A stretch of 64,000 bases of DNA from Bdellovibrionales bacterium (GTDB lineage: Bacteria; Bdellovibrionota; Bdellovibrionia; Bdellovibrionales; UBA1609). The notes beneath the pieces were generated by a model. That model did no database searches and had not been told where the DNA came from. It saw only the letters and a list, made by a program, of their open reading frames with translations. Below are positions 18,436-28,824 of the stretch, piece after piece; positions within the stretch are counted from its first letter, which is position 1; each line of letters starts with the position of its first letter. The stretch lies in the NCBI GenBank assembly GCA_023299885.1, contig JALZUS010000018.1, positions 2,646 through 66,645 on the forward strand. Reading direction: 5' to 3'. A program made the position numbers and the translations under genes.

Positions 18436-19373
18436 TCGAGCATATACCTCTGAGGATTTACAGGGACATCTCCCCATTTAATTTCATAGTAAAGCTGGTG
18501 ATCATCAGCCTGCCCCGTATTACCGGCTGTAGCAATAACATCTCCACGCTTTACTAAGTAATCAAGCTTCACATTAGCCTCAGCTAAATACCCATACTTT
18601 GTTTTTAGTGAAGGGCTATGACTAACAACCACATAATTACCTAGATTTTTATTGTAACCAACATACTCTACTCGGCCATCAGCTGTAGCTAAAACATCTT
18701 GCCCATGAGTTGCTGCGATATCTACACCCTGATGAAATGATGGTTTCCCAGTTAAAGCATTTGTTTTATATCCGAACTCATTAACAATAACTCCCCCACT
18801 AATTGGATTTTTTGTTGGTGTCGTATTTATTAATGAAGGACTATTTTCTACATCTGTAAGTATTTTTTCTATTTCAACAGCCTTTAACTCTGACTGCGTT
18901 AAAGTTTGATCAACTTCTAAGGACAAACTAGATATATCCCTATCAGCTTCTCGATATATTTCTTTGGCCGTCACTAATTGTTTGTTTGTTTTTTTAAAAA
19001 AAGACCAATCCTTAAAACCTTCTTTTTTTTTCTTTTTTGGCTCCGGCTCTTCACTATTGGGCTGAAGATTAGCTAAAACTCTTAATTTTGAAGAAAAGCT
19101 TTCTACCCTATCTAAACTTTGATTTAGTTTATCTAATTTACCCTCTAGCTCGTAAAACTTTTGTTTATATATAGTGTTTTCTACCTGCAGCCTTTGTGCG
19201 CGCGTTGAACTATACAGTAATTGAAAGTAATCGACTAAAAAAGCACATAACAAACCTGAAACTAAAACACTAAAAGCGAGCAAAATTTTAAATTTTGATG
19301 CAGACAAAGTAAATGTTTTAGTGGCTTCATTTGTGTTTGCTGAAACAAGCACAGTGTATTTTTTATTTTTCAT
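18432..19373 (-). CDS. EnvC/NlpD-like coiled-coil protein with degenerate M23 (LytM) domain
   Basis: 313 aa with an N-terminal TM and a coiled coil. The LytM domain keeps HQGVDIA (HxxxD). The canonical PHLHFE is replaced by DHQLYYE, and the mid-domain His is Tyr (KYGYL). Confidence 0.75.
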   Translation of the reverse strand: MKNKKYTVLVSANTNEATKTFTLSASKFKILLAFSVLVSGLLCAFLVDYFQLLYSSTRAQRLQVENTIYKQKFYELEGKLDKLNQSLDRVESFSSKLRVLANLQPNSEEPEPKKKKKEGFKDWSFFKKTNKQLVTAKEIYREADRDISSLSLEVDQTLTQSELKAVEIEKILTDVENSPSLINTTPTKNPISGGVIVNEFGYKTNALTGKPSFHQGVDIAATHGQDVLATADGRVEYVGYNKNLGNYVVVSHSPSLKTKYGYLAEANVKLDYLVKRGDVIATAGNTGQADDHQLYYEIKWGDVPVNPQRYMLD

Positions 19374-19378
19374 GGCTT

Positions 19379-20101
19379 CTATATACTCTCTACATAAATA
19401 ACGGAAATATTATCATCACCGCCAGCTTTTTTCGCTAACTCAATAGACTTTTCTACAACATCATAACCTGAGTAAGCATTACAAATATCCTGCACAGCTT
19501 TATCTTCAACTAATCCGCAAAGCCCATCTGAGCAAAACAAAAAGTTTTCATTCGGCTTAATTTCTCTAACAAAAACATCAGCTCTTAATGTTCTTTCAAA
19601 ACCTACACTTCGAGTGATAACATTTTTTCCTGACAGATGCTCTATTTCACTTTCGTTAATCATTCCTGCTCGCAGCTGCTCATTAATTAACGAATGGTCT
19701 TCTGTTATTTTCCACAAACTATCTCTAGAAAATAAATAGGCCCTAGAATCCCCCACATTACCAATGTACATATTACTGCCTTTGCTAATTCCTAAGACCA
19801 TGGTTGTACCCATACCTTTTAGCTCAGGCTGCTCTTCTGCTTTTTTGTAAATCGCGGCATTAGCCGCAATAAATATTTTTTTTATAAGCTCGCTACAATC
19901 TAAGTTTGGCGTATTGATAAATTTAGCAACTAGAGCTTGGGCGCACTCGACAGCTATGGCAGAAGCTACTTCCCCACCGCTGTGCCCACCCATTCCATCA
20001 GCAACTACATAAAGACCTAAGTCCTTATCAATAAGGATTGAGTCTTGATTAGACTTTCGTCTTAGACCTACGTCAGTGGCGCCAAATGCTTGAATTCCCA
20101 T
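19379..20101 (-). CDS. PP2C-family Ser/Thr protein phosphatase
   Basis: 240 aa with RKSNQD, ADGMGGH and GGDDN metal-binding motifs of PPM phosphatases. Confidence 0.88.
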   Translation of the reverse strand: MGIQAFGATDVGLRRKSNQDSILIDKDLGLYVVADGMGGHSGGEVASAIAVECAQALVAKFINTPNLDCSELIKKIFIAANAAIYKKAEEQPELKGMGTTMVLGISKGSNMYIGNVGDSRAYLFSRDSLWKITEDHSLINEQLRAGMINESEIEHLSGKNVITRSVGFERTLRADVFVREIKPNENFLFCSDGLCGLVEDKAVQDICNAYSGYDVVEKSIELAKKAGGDDNISVIYVESI

Positions 20102-20273
20102 GTAGGCATTCTACTAATGATCAGATTGAAATGACAACCAAGAAATCTTAATCCTAGCAGCACCTAGGCCCTTTTATGACTAATTTAAGACAGGCACTCT
20201 TTAAGCACCAATAGCTTAGGTATCTGCTTAAGTATCTGGGCCAAAAGTCCGATTCTAATACTGGAGGCTTAGA

Positions 20274-21164
20274 GTGAAATCGAATAAAAAAATGACATTT
20301 ATAATTATCTTTTCTTTGATTTTACACATCATAGTTTTTAAGACTCTAGAGAGACAGCAATTCAAAAAGATTACACAAGCTGCAATTAACGAACTTATTG
20401 AGTTTGAAATTAGCAATGCCATCCTTAGCAACGACTCTCAGATTGTTGAGCAAGATGAAAAATCTTTAAATAATGAAAAGCCTGATGAAACAAAATACCT
20501 TAGCGCTTTTAATCAGCGAGTTTTAAAAGAAACAAAAGCAACTAATAATGGAGAGTATAATAATTCTGCAGGCCAAGGTAAATCAAAATCAAGCCAAGAA
20601 AAATCCTCTCATAAAGGTCTTAAAAAGAACTCTTCTAACAGAAAAAAGAAATCCATATTTGCCAAAAAAGTGAACCTTAAAAAGAATGATATTATAAAAT
20701 TGTCTGACTTATCACCAAATGCTTTTGACCCCGGCGCAGGAGAAATATCTTCAGGAAACAATAAAGAAGTGAGTCGCACATCTGACTACTTAAAAGATGT
20801 TGAAGACGGAGCTCAAACATATTTAAATACTCGAGAGTTTATATACTATGCCTATTATAAAAGAATACGCAGTAAAATTCGCTATCACTGGGAAGACCGT
20901 ATAAAACAAAAAGTTACAGAAATTATTAAAGACCAAAATATTGCTATAGCTAGACGAACACGACTTACAAAAGTAATTATTGTGCTAAATGACAATGGTC
21001 GACTCGTAGGCGTTCAAATTGTAGGCAGAAGCGGCATAGAAGACCTTGATGACGCCGCTGTCGAGGCCTTTAAAGAGGCTGAGCCCTTCCCTAATCCACC
21101 AAAAGATTTAGTGGAATCTGATGGCCGAATTCGCATTAACTGGGACTTTGTTCTCGACTCTTAA
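20274..21164 (+). CDS. TonB C-terminal domain-containing membrane protein
   Basis: 296 aa with an N-terminal TM and a Lys/Ser-rich spacer. The C-terminus V.IVGRSGIEDLDDAAVEAFKEAEPFPNPP resembles TonB_C. Confidence 0.6.
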   Translation: MKSNKKMTFIIIFSLILHIIVFKTLERQQFKKITQAAINELIEFEISNAILSNDSQIVEQDEKSLNNEKPDETKYLSAFNQRVLKETKATNNGEYNNSAGQGKSKSSQEKSSHKGLKKNSSNRKKKSIFAKKVNLKKNDIIKLSDLSPNAFDPGAGEISSGNNKEVSRTSDYLKDVEDGAQTYLNTREFIYYAYYKRIRSKIRYHWEDRIKQKVTEIIKDQNIAIARRTRLTKVIIVLNDNGRLVGVQIVGRSGIEDLDDAAVEAFKEAEPFPNPPKDLVESDGRIRINWDFVLDS

Positions 21165-21307
21165 ACTTTACTAATTTGAACTAGCTTTAAACCATTAGAA
21201 TCATTTAGCTTTCGCCTAATTCGTTCACCTTAAAATCCTCTTGCCCCAAGGTATAATTCTATATAACTTCGTTAGTCTAAACATATAGACAACGAGGACC
21301 AAAATAT

Positions 21308-24094
21308 ATGGCAAAACCAACTAAAAAAACCCTAGATACAATCGTCCAGCGAGCTCACTATTTAGCTAATCAAATGATTTTTATGGCTAACAACAGAAAA
21401 AACAAACAAAAGGGCGACCCGAAAATTGGCGGACACTCTTCTGGCAGCTCAAGCGCTATTCATATTACTGGCGCTCTACATATGCTTGTGAAAAGTGGGT
21501 TTGATCATATAGCAAACAAACCTCATGCCTCACCAGCTGACCATGCTTACTCTTACCTTTTGGATTTACAACTTGATAAAGACAACCAACCACTGTCATT
21601 GGATGATAAAAATATAGCGATGTCTGGACTTCGTGCCTTTTCACAAAATGGAGAGCCTGTATTTCAATCGTATCACTCAGCCTACGACCCAGACAGGCAT
21701 AACTTTTTCCCGTCAGGCACAGTTGGTATTCCACCTGTTAACGCTGGCTACTTAGCCTTAGCTTACCGATTTACAAAAGACCATGGATACAAAACACCAG
21801 ATGCACATTTTTGGGCTATCATTGGTGATTCAGAATTTAGAGAAGGTTCTTTATTTGAAGCCGTACCTGATTTTGCTGAGCGTGAGCTTGGCAACCTAAC
21901 TTGGATTGTTGATTACAACAGACAAAGCTTAGATGGCCACAGAATTACAAACCAGGAAGTTATGTCTGGCACAGATGCTTACCGAATTGAGCGCACAATG
22001 ATTGCCAACGGCTGGGAAGTGATTCATGTACAGCACGGCAACTTAAGGCTTGAAGCTTTTAAGAAAGCTGGCGGCAAAGAGCTTCAAGACTGGATGGAAA
22101 ATAAGCTAACAGACTATGAGCTACAATCTTTACTTCTTGTTAAAGACCCTAAAGAGCTCGTCAGCTTCCTTACAAAAAATCATCAAAAAGAAATTGGCGA
22201 ATACTTAAAGTCTGAAAAGCCCGAAAATATCTATGCAATGATTCGCGATTTTGGTGGTCACGATATTTTAGCACTAGAAAAAGCTATGCTAGATTCTAAA
22301 AAGAGCACTAATAGGCCTACTATGATTATTGTCCACACCTTAAAGGGATGGAACCTTGAAATGGCAGCCCAGCAGGGCAACCACTCTTCGCTGCCTTCTC
22401 TTGCGGAAATGGAAAGCTTAAGAGAAAGCACTGGCCTTGAGAAAGAAACTTATTTTGGCGAATTTGATAAAAAAACAGCTGAAGGAAAATTCTTATCTAC
22501 AAGGGGATCAGATCTTTTAAAAGAGATTCACAAACAACACTCTATCAAAGACGATAACGAAAAAGCTTTTACTGAAAAAGCAACAGCCAACTGGCCTACA
22601 TCATTAGACATAAACCTAAAGATGGCTAGCTACCCACACACACAATGGATGCTTGGGCAGCTCACAGCAAAGTTTACTCGTATTGCAAACACTCCTTTAA
22701 ATGAAAAAGAACTTGTTAAAGGACAAAAACCTTTAAACGAAAGAGAGCTTGCCTGGAAAGAGCAAGCTGAGCTTTTTGTATCTATGGCACCAGATGTGGG
22801 GACAAGCACAAATTTAAACCCGGCAATGGATGGTAAAATTTTTGGTGCTATCGAAACAGAAGATTTCGAAACAGAGCTTGATGTTAAAAACAGAAAACTA
22901 CCTGACTTGATTCCTGGAGAAGATAATAGTGACCGCTTTTTAAGGTTTGAAATTGCCGAAGCCAACGTAATGTCTTGCCTTGGCTCTTTTGGTAAAATTA
23001 AAGACTTATTGGGCATTCCTTTATTACCATTAATGACAGTGTATGACTTTTTTATTAAGCGTGCGCATGACCAGTATTTTTATGACCTTTACTGGAACTC
23101 TAGTTTTATATGCGCTGGAACACCAGCCGGCGTAACACTTTCACCAGAAGGCGCACAGCATGGATGGAAATCAGACTTCCAAATACCTGGGCAAGTTACA
23201 TGGGAACCCTTCTTTTGCCGTGAACTAGATTGGATTTTTTGTGAAAGCGTTAAAAGACATTATATTGGCGACAACAAAGATAGAAATGGTGTTTTACTAA
23301 GAGGCGTTACTAGAGGTATCCAGCAAAAAGACTTTGCTAAGTACCTAAAAAGACAAACACGCTTTAAAACTTCAAATGAAACTCTTTTCTTATCAGACTA
23401 CCCATTAGCTAATGCAACAGAAGAATCAACAGCAGCTAATATCTCTGATGATGAAATGTTTGAATTTATCCGCCAAGATGTTTTAGAGGGCGGCTATAAA
23501 CTAATTGATTATGAAGGCTACGCTAACTATGAGCCTGGAGATAATGTTGTAAATATTTTTGCGCTTGGTGCTCTTGGCACAGAAGCTATTGATGCTTCTA
23601 ACAAGCTTTTAGCTGAAGGCATCTACGCTAATGTAATTATAGTAACAAGCCCTGATTTGCTTATTGGTAACCTTGGTGAAGTTAATAACTACAACCACCT
23701 TAAGAATGCTTTAGGTATAAACTCTGCCCTTCACCTACAACCACACTTTGATGGATCAATGAACCACGCAGAACTATTAACAGTCTCTGGCAGGCGTATA
23801 CCCATCGTAAGTGTTCATGATGGCGAACCAGGATTGCTTGATAACATTGGGTCTATCATTGGCACAAAGCATGAAGCCTTAGCTGTAAGAAAGCATTCTA
23901 AGTGTGGACGCCCTGTAGATATTTATAAGTTTCATGGGATAGATGGAGATTCTGTAGTTGAAGCCTCTAAAAAGGTTTTAGCAGAAACAGCTCTTGAAGA
24001 AGTTCGCGTTAGCCAAGACTTATTACGACAAATTAATGCTGGCAGCGGAAGCTCTGTAACAAGAGCTGATCTTTTACCAGAACAAAATCATTAG
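21308..24094 (+). CDS. Homodimeric-type 2-oxoacid (pyruvate) dehydrogenase E1 component-like, ThDP-dependent
   Basis: 928 aa. ThDP motif IGDSEFREGS...NLTWIVDYNRQSLDG parallels E. coli AceE GDGEMDEPES...VINCNLQRLDG. Length fits AceE. No E2 or E3 gene in the window. Confidence 0.6.
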   Translation: MAKPTKKTLDTIVQRAHYLANQMIFMANNRKNKQKGDPKIGGHSSGSSSAIHITGALHMLVKSGFDHIANKPHASPADHAYSYLLDLQLDKDNQPLSLDDKNIAMSGLRAFSQNGEPVFQSYHSAYDPDRHNFFPSGTVGIPPVNAGYLALAYRFTKDHGYKTPDAHFWAIIGDSEFREGSLFEAVPDFAERELGNLTWIVDYNRQSLDGHRITNQEVMSGTDAYRIERTMIANGWEVIHVQHGNLRLEAFKKAGGKELQDWMENKLTDYELQSLLLVKDPKELVSFLTKNHQKEIGEYLKSEKPENIYAMIRDFGGHDILALEKAMLDSKKSTNRPTMIIVHTLKGWNLEMAAQQGNHSSLPSLAEMESLRESTGLEKETYFGEFDKKTAEGKFLSTRGSDLLKEIHKQHSIKDDNEKAFTEKATANWPTSLDINLKMASYPHTQWMLGQLTAKFTRIANTPLNEKELVKGQKPLNERELAWKEQAELFVSMAPDVGTSTNLNPAMDGKIFGAIETEDFETELDVKNRKLPDLIPGEDNSDRFLRFEIAEANVMSCLGSFGKIKDLLGIPLLPLMTVYDFFIKRAHDQYFYDLYWNSSFICAGTPAGVTLSPEGAQHGWKSDFQIPGQVTWEPFFCRELDWIFCESVKRHYIGDNKDRNGVLLRGVTRGIQQKDFAKYLKRQTRFKTSNETLFLSDYPLANATEESTAANISDDEMFEFIRQDVLEGGYKLIDYEGYANYEPGDNVVNIFALGALGTEAIDASNKLLAEGIYANVIIVTSPDLLIGNLGEVNNYNHLKNALGINSALHLQPHFDGSMNHAELLTVSGRRIPIVSVHDGEPGLLDNIGSIIGTKHEALAVRKHSKCGRPVDIYKFHGIDGDSVVEASKKVLAETALEEVRVSQDLLRQINAGSGSSVTRADLLPEQNH

Positions 24095-24112
24095 AAAAAA
24101 TTGCTCAGTAAA

Positions 24113-24793
24113 CTAAAAAAGTTTCTGAGCAATAGTCATACCTTCAGAGGTTGGGAAAAGCATAGAGTTGTATTTTTCTTTATCAGCCAACCTCTTATTA
24201 AACTCCTGCATTATTTTTATTCTGTTTTTACTTTCAGAAGAGTTTTCTGAGTCGTACACTCCACCAAATAAAAAAGTATTATCGCCAATAATAAGACCAC
24301 CTTTTTTAATGCTAGTTTCAGCCCAATCTAAGTATTTAACATAAGCCCCTTTATTGGCATCAATAAAACACATATCAAAAGGCGCTTTTGCGCTTAAGTG
24401 ATTTAGGTGCCCCATGGCATCTCCAGACAATACTTCAAGCTTATGCGACATATTAAAAGCTTCGAAATTTTTGCTGATAATTTCAGAGCGCTCCTCTGAA
24501 ATCTCTAGGCAATATATTTTACCATCTTCTGGCAAAGCCCCAGCCATCCAAACCGCGGAGTAGCCCAATAAACTTCCAATTTCGACAATATTTTTAGCCC
24601 CTATAAACTTTGTGTAGAAACTAAGCATTTGCCCCTCTAGTGAGCTTAAGCTCATATGATCAAAGCCCTCAGCCTCCATTTGTAGGCGTATTTGTTTATG
24701 CACTGACTGCTCTTCAGCAAATAGATTTGCAATATATTCATCCCTAGCTGGGTTTTCAGTTTCTTTTCTCATAAGCTTTCTCCAGAAGGCCAA
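24113..24793 (-). CDS. Class I SAM-dependent O-methyltransferase (caffeoyl-CoA OMT family)
   Basis: 226 aa with VEIGSLLGYSAVWMA (SAM motif I) and FDMCFIDANK (metal/SAM region). Confidence 0.8.
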   Translation of the reverse strand: MAFWRKLMRKETENPARDEYIANLFAEEQSVHKQIRLQMEAEGFDHMSLSSLEGQMLSFYTKFIGAKNIVEIGSLLGYSAVWMAGALPEDGKIYCLEISEERSEIISKNFEAFNMSHKLEVLSGDAMGHLNHLSAKAPFDMCFIDANKGAYVKYLDWAETSIKKGGLIIGDNTFLFGGVYDSENSSESKNRIKIMQEFNKRLADKEKYNSMLFPTSEGMTIAQKLF

Positions 24794-24987
24794 TCTGCCA
24801 GTCGCTTAGTTCATTGGCAAACTATAGATATACAACAAATTTCCTATGGAATATTTTACTCGGATGATGCCAAAAAGGCCCCTCCTCAGGCCTAGCTTAG
24901 CTTACAGAGAGGCGCCAAATGCCTCTAAATTGCATATAATCTATAAATCCTATATATAGATATATCTAACCCTGACAGAGGAAACAC

Positions 24988-26718
24988 ATGTCTGAAAACT
25001 TATTAAGTGTAAAAAACCTTTCGATCGATTTTAAAACTGATGACGGCTTAGTTAAGGCTGTTAAAAATATTTCTTTTGATATACCAAAAGGAAAAACAGT
25101 AGGCCTTGTTGGCGAATCTGGCTCTGGAAAAAGTGTATCTTCTTTAGCTGTGATGGGCTTAATCCCATCGCCTCCAGGAATAATTTCTAGTGGTGAAATT
25201 TTATATCAAGGAACTGATCTTTTAAAATGTAATGAAAAACAAATGAGAGAAGTTCGTGGTAACGAAATCTCAATGATTTTCCAAGAGCCAATGACAAGTC
25301 TTAACCCTGTCTTTACTGTTGGCGACCAAATTTCTGAAAGTTTAATTTTACACCAAGGCCTTTCAAAAAAAGAAGCCTTAGACAGATCAATAGAATTACT
25401 TCAGCAAGTGGGCATCCCTGACCCAATGACAAGAGTGATGTCTTACCCACACGAAATGTCTGGCGGACAAAGACAAAGAGTTATGATTGCAATGGCTATT
25501 GCTTGTCGCCCTCAACTTTTAATTGCTGATGAACCAACGACGGCACTTGATGTAACAATTCAAAAACAAATCTTAGAGCTTTTACATGACCTCCAATCAC
25601 AATACGGAATGAGTATGCTATTTATTACTCATGACCTTGGAGTGATTGCAGATATCGCTGATGAAGTGGTTGTAATGTACAGAGGCGATATCGTAGAAAA
25701 AAACAAGACAGAAGCTATCTTTACGCAATCGAACCACCCTTACACAAAAGGTCTTATTGCTTGCAGACCCTCTTTAGATAAAAACCCAGAGCGCTTAGCT
25801 ACTGTTAGTGATTTTATGACTGAAGACGGTAAAGAAATTACTGTTGAAAACCCAGCTATTAAACGTGAAAAAGCAGAGCGTCCAATTTCTGAAACTGAAA
25901 ATCCAGTAATTTTAGAAGTTAAAAACATTAAAAAGCATTTCCCATTAAAAAAAGGCGTTTTAGGTAATACCAAGTCATGGGTTAAAGCTGTTGATGACGT
26001 TAGCTTTAAAGTAAGAAAAGGCCGTACAATGGGCCTAGTGGGAGAATCAGGCTGTGGTAAAACGACTTTAGGTCGCACTATCTTACGCCTTATTGAGCCT
26101 ACTGCTGGAAGCATTTTCTATAAAGGCCAAGACATTACAAATATTTCTAAATCAGAGTTACGTGAACTTAGAAAAAACATTCAAATTATTTTCCAGGACC
26201 CTTACGCTTCTTTAAACCCAAGAATGACTATTGGTGCTGCCATCATGGAGCCTATGATTATTCATGGTATAGGCGCTAATAAAAAAGAGCGTATGGAAAT
26301 TGCAGGCGACTTACTTGATAAAGTGGACCTTAACCGCAATATGATTAACAGATACCCGCATGAGTTTTCTGGCGGACAAAGACAACGTATTTGTATTGCA
26401 AGAGCCTTAGCTGTTAAACCTGAATTTATTGTTTGTGATGAATCTGTTTCGGCACTAGATGTTTCTGTACAGTCACAAATTTTAAACTTACTTAATGATT
26501 TACAAGAAGAGTTTGATTTAACTTATATCTTTATTTCTCATGATTTAGCTGTTGTTAAGTTTATCTCTGATGAGCTCATCGTTATGAACAAGGGGGTTAT
26601 TGTTGAAGAAGCAACTGCTTTAGAAATTTATAAAAACCCTAAAGATGACTATACTAAAAAGTTGTTAAGCGCGATCCCTAAAGGAATCCCTAAGACACTT
26701 TTAGATAAGCAGAACTAA
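24988..26718 (+). CDS. Duplicated ABC ATPase (fused DppD/DppF-like peptide transporter ATP-binding protein)
   Basis: 576 aa with two full cassettes: GESGSGKS plus LSGGQRQR-type MSGGQRQR plus LLIADEPTT, and GESGCGKT plus FSGGQRQR plus FIVCDESVS. Confidence 0.9.
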   Translation: MSENLLSVKNLSIDFKTDDGLVKAVKNISFDIPKGKTVGLVGESGSGKSVSSLAVMGLIPSPPGIISSGEILYQGTDLLKCNEKQMREVRGNEISMIFQEPMTSLNPVFTVGDQISESLILHQGLSKKEALDRSIELLQQVGIPDPMTRVMSYPHEMSGGQRQRVMIAMAIACRPQLLIADEPTTALDVTIQKQILELLHDLQSQYGMSMLFITHDLGVIADIADEVVVMYRGDIVEKNKTEAIFTQSNHPYTKGLIACRPSLDKNPERLATVSDFMTEDGKEITVENPAIKREKAERPISETENPVILEVKNIKKHFPLKKGVLGNTKSWVKAVDDVSFKVRKGRTMGLVGESGCGKTTLGRTILRLIEPTAGSIFYKGQDITNISKSELRELRKNIQIIFQDPYASLNPRMTIGAAIMEPMIIHGIGANKKERMEIAGDLLDKVDLNRNMINRYPHEFSGGQRQRICIARALAVKPEFIVCDESVSALDVSVQSQILNLLNDLQEEFDLTYIFISHDLAVVKFISDELIVMNKGVIVEEATALEIYKNPKDDYTKKLLSAIPKGIPKTLLDKQN

Positions 26719-26737
26719 TACAGTCTACTTTACAAAC

Positions 26738-26771
26738 AAAAAAGCCAGGAGATTTTCCTGGCTTTTTTTTA
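26738..26771. terminator. Bidirectional rho-independent terminator
   Basis: AAAAAAGCCAGGA-GATTT-TCCTGGCTTTTTTTT between convergent genes. Confidence 0.8.
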
Positions 26772-27329
26772 TTTACCCACCCACAAGGCCATTTTAATAT
26801 TATCGACATACTCGCCACTTGAGAGCTTATATTTTTTAATCTCTAAGCTTTCTTCAACAAAGCCATGCTTTTTATATAAGCTTCTAGCTTTTATATTACT
26901 GGAAAAAACTTCTAGGTTAAACTTTTCTATACCTTTTGACTTTCTATAATAGTCCACTAATAAGCCTAAAGCTGCATCGCCCACTCCCTGCCCCCAAAAC
27001 TCTTGGGATACAGACATACCTAAATCACAATTATGATCTAATTTTTTACGGTGCTCAAAAGTTCTAGCCGTTATGAGTCCTATTATTTCATGATTATACT
27101 TAGCTAATAGAAATAAGGCATTTTTAGAATCATTGACCTTCTGAATATATTTTTTCTCTTCATCAATAGTCATTATGGTCTCGCCAGGAGTAATCAATAA
27201 AAATTCAGACTCAGCGACAATACTATTTAAATGCGAAAGAACCTTTGCCGCTTCCTCTGGTTGCGCCGATACAATTTCTATATCTAAACCTTTTGATGTT
27301 GTTATTTTTTTAGGCTCTACAATAGCCAC
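26769..27329 (-). CDS. GNAT-family N-acetyltransferase
   Basis: 186 aa with a WGQGVGDAAL (Q/RxxGxG/A-like acetyl-CoA loop) and RimJ/RimL-like length. Confidence 0.75.
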   Translation of the reverse strand: MAIVEPKKITTSKGLDIEIVSAQPEEAAKVLSHLNSIVAESEFLLITPGETIMTIDEEKKYIQKVNDSKNALFLLAKYNHEIIGLITARTFEHRKKLDHNCDLGMSVSQEFWGQGVGDAALGLLVDYYRKSKGIEKFNLEVFSSNIKARSLYKKHGFVEESLEIKKYKLSSGEYVDNIKMALWVGK

Positions 27330-27335
27330 GACAAC

Positions 27336-28316
27336 CTACCTTTCAAACTTTATAATGGTGCGCCCATAAAGCTGCCTATTTATAAGCTTTTCTGAATATT
27401 CAAAAACATCTTCTAATTTTATTTTATTAACTCTAATCTCTTCTAAGTTATTTGGCATATAGGTACCTGCAAGCTTCTCCCATATAAGTTTGCGCAAAGG
27501 CATTGGGCAATTCGTAGAGCTAATACCAATTAGACTGACCCCTCTTAAAATAAAAGGCATGACTGTTGTTTTTATTTTATGGCCACCAGCTAAACCAATA
27601 CTAGCTACACTCCCCCATAAATTAATATGTGGTAATAGCTGCGAAAGTAGTTCACCACCCACGTTATCAATAATAGCGCCAAACATAGCTTTACCTAAGG
27701 GCTTAGTATCTAGTTGTAAATCATTTACAGACATAACTTTACTTGCACCCAAAGTTTTTAAAAAACCTTCATGCTGGCTACGGCCAGTTACAGCCCAAAC
27801 TTCATAACCTAGCTTTGATAAAATATTAATAGCAATGGCACCAACACCACCACTAGCACCAGTGACAAGAACTGGGCCGCTATTAATATTCAGCCCATTC
27901 TCTTCTAGCCTATGTATTGCTAAACCAGCAGTAAAGCCCGCTGTCCCCAAAATCATTGCTTTTTGTCGGCACAGGTTTTTTGGGATAGGAATCACATACT
28001 CCCCAGGGATATCCACATACTGGGAGTAACCTCCACTAAAGTTTTCACCCAAACCGCAGCCTGTTACTAAAACCTTATCGCCCTCTTTAATACTTTCAAA
28101 GTTAGAATCTATGACAGCACCACTCACATCAATACCTGGCACAATAGGAAAACTTCTAAAAATTTTACCCTTACCCGTAATACCTAATGCATCTTTGTAA
28201 TTTAAGCTTGAGTAGTATGACTGCACACGAACGTAATTTGGTTTTAAAGATCCCAAATCAACTTCTTTAATTATTGGCTTATTCTCTTTTTCTGCATAAA
28301 TAGCTTTTGATTTCAT
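27336..28316 (-). CDS. yhdH: YhdH/AcuI-family NADPH-dependent MDR oxidoreductase (acrylyl-CoA reductase-like)
   Basis: 326 aa, near-collinear with E. coli YhdH: SSLNYKDALGITGKGKI, PGIDVSG, GTAGFTA, VTGASGGVG, TTVMPFILRGVSL. Confidence 0.85.
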   Translation of the reverse strand: MKSKAIYAEKENKPIIKEVDLGSLKPNYVRVQSYYSSLNYKDALGITGKGKIFRSFPIVPGIDVSGAVIDSNFESIKEGDKVLVTGCGLGENFSGGYSQYVDIPGEYVIPIPKNLCRQKAMILGTAGFTAGLAIHRLEENGLNINSGPVLVTGASGGVGAIAINILSKLGYEVWAVTGRSQHEGFLKTLGASKVMSVNDLQLDTKPLGKAMFGAIIDNVGGELLSQLLPHINLWGSVASIGLAGGHKIKTTVMPFILRGVSLIGISSTNCPMPLRKLIWEKLAGTYMPNNLEEIRVNKIKLEDVFEYSEKLINRQLYGRTIIKFER

Positions 28317-28320
28317 CTTA

Positions 28321-28779
28321 TTAAGTTAACGATTTTAAAAGTCCATTACAAGAGTCTTCTAAAAGGTCCATTACATAATCAAACCTATCGTTATAGTAAG
28401 GGTCTGGGACCTCATTAATGCCTTCATGAATAGTACAATACCCCAGCATCATCTGAATCTTTTTAACATCTTCAGGAGTTTCAGCTTTAGCTAATACATT
28501 TTTATAATTAGACTGATCCATAACTATTAATAAATCAAAATTTTCAAAGTCTTCTTTAACAAAAGGTCGTGATAAACTCTCTAAACTGTAACCTCTCTCA
28601 AAAGCCGCCTCACGCATTCTTGAATCTGAAGGCTGCCCCTGATGATATCCACTTGTACCAGAGGAGTCGCATTGAATTTGGCTTTCAAGACCACCTTCTT
28701 TAATTAGCTTTTTAAATATACCTTCTGCCGCAGGCGACCTACATATATTTCCTAAGCATATAAATAATATTTTTTTCAT
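28321..28779 (-). CDS. Low-molecular-weight protein-tyrosine phosphatase
   Basis: P-loop CLGNICRSP immediately after MKKILFI, and DPYY near the C-terminus. I prefer the ATG at 28779 over the ORF-track start at 28830. Confidence 0.88.
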   Translation of the reverse strand: MKKILFICLGNICRSPAAEGIFKKLIKEGGLESQIQCDSSGTSGYHQGQPSDSRMREAAFERGYSLESLSRPFVKEDFENFDLLIVMDQSNYKNVLAKAETPEDVKKIQMMLGYCTIHEGINEVPDPYYNDRFDYVMDLLEDSCNGLLKSLT

Positions 28780-28824
28780 AGATAAAGACTGCCACAGGCC
28801 TTTTGTTTGTGGCAATATCTCTTT

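Noticed and set aside
19023-19031. T9 homopolymer inside the LytM-factor gene as a phase-variation switch
   Set aside because: It encodes a Lys run (KKKKK) in a low-complexity linker. There is no evidence of alternative frames giving meaningful products. AT-rich genomes carry many such runs.
22630-28029. Antisense or alternative-frame ORFs 22630-23016, 25740-26114, 27175-27369, 27490-27807 and 27835-28029
   Set aside because: They lie entirely within confidently identified genes (AceE-like, ABC ATPase, GNAT, YhdH) on the opposite strand. Their composition is typical of shadow ORFs.
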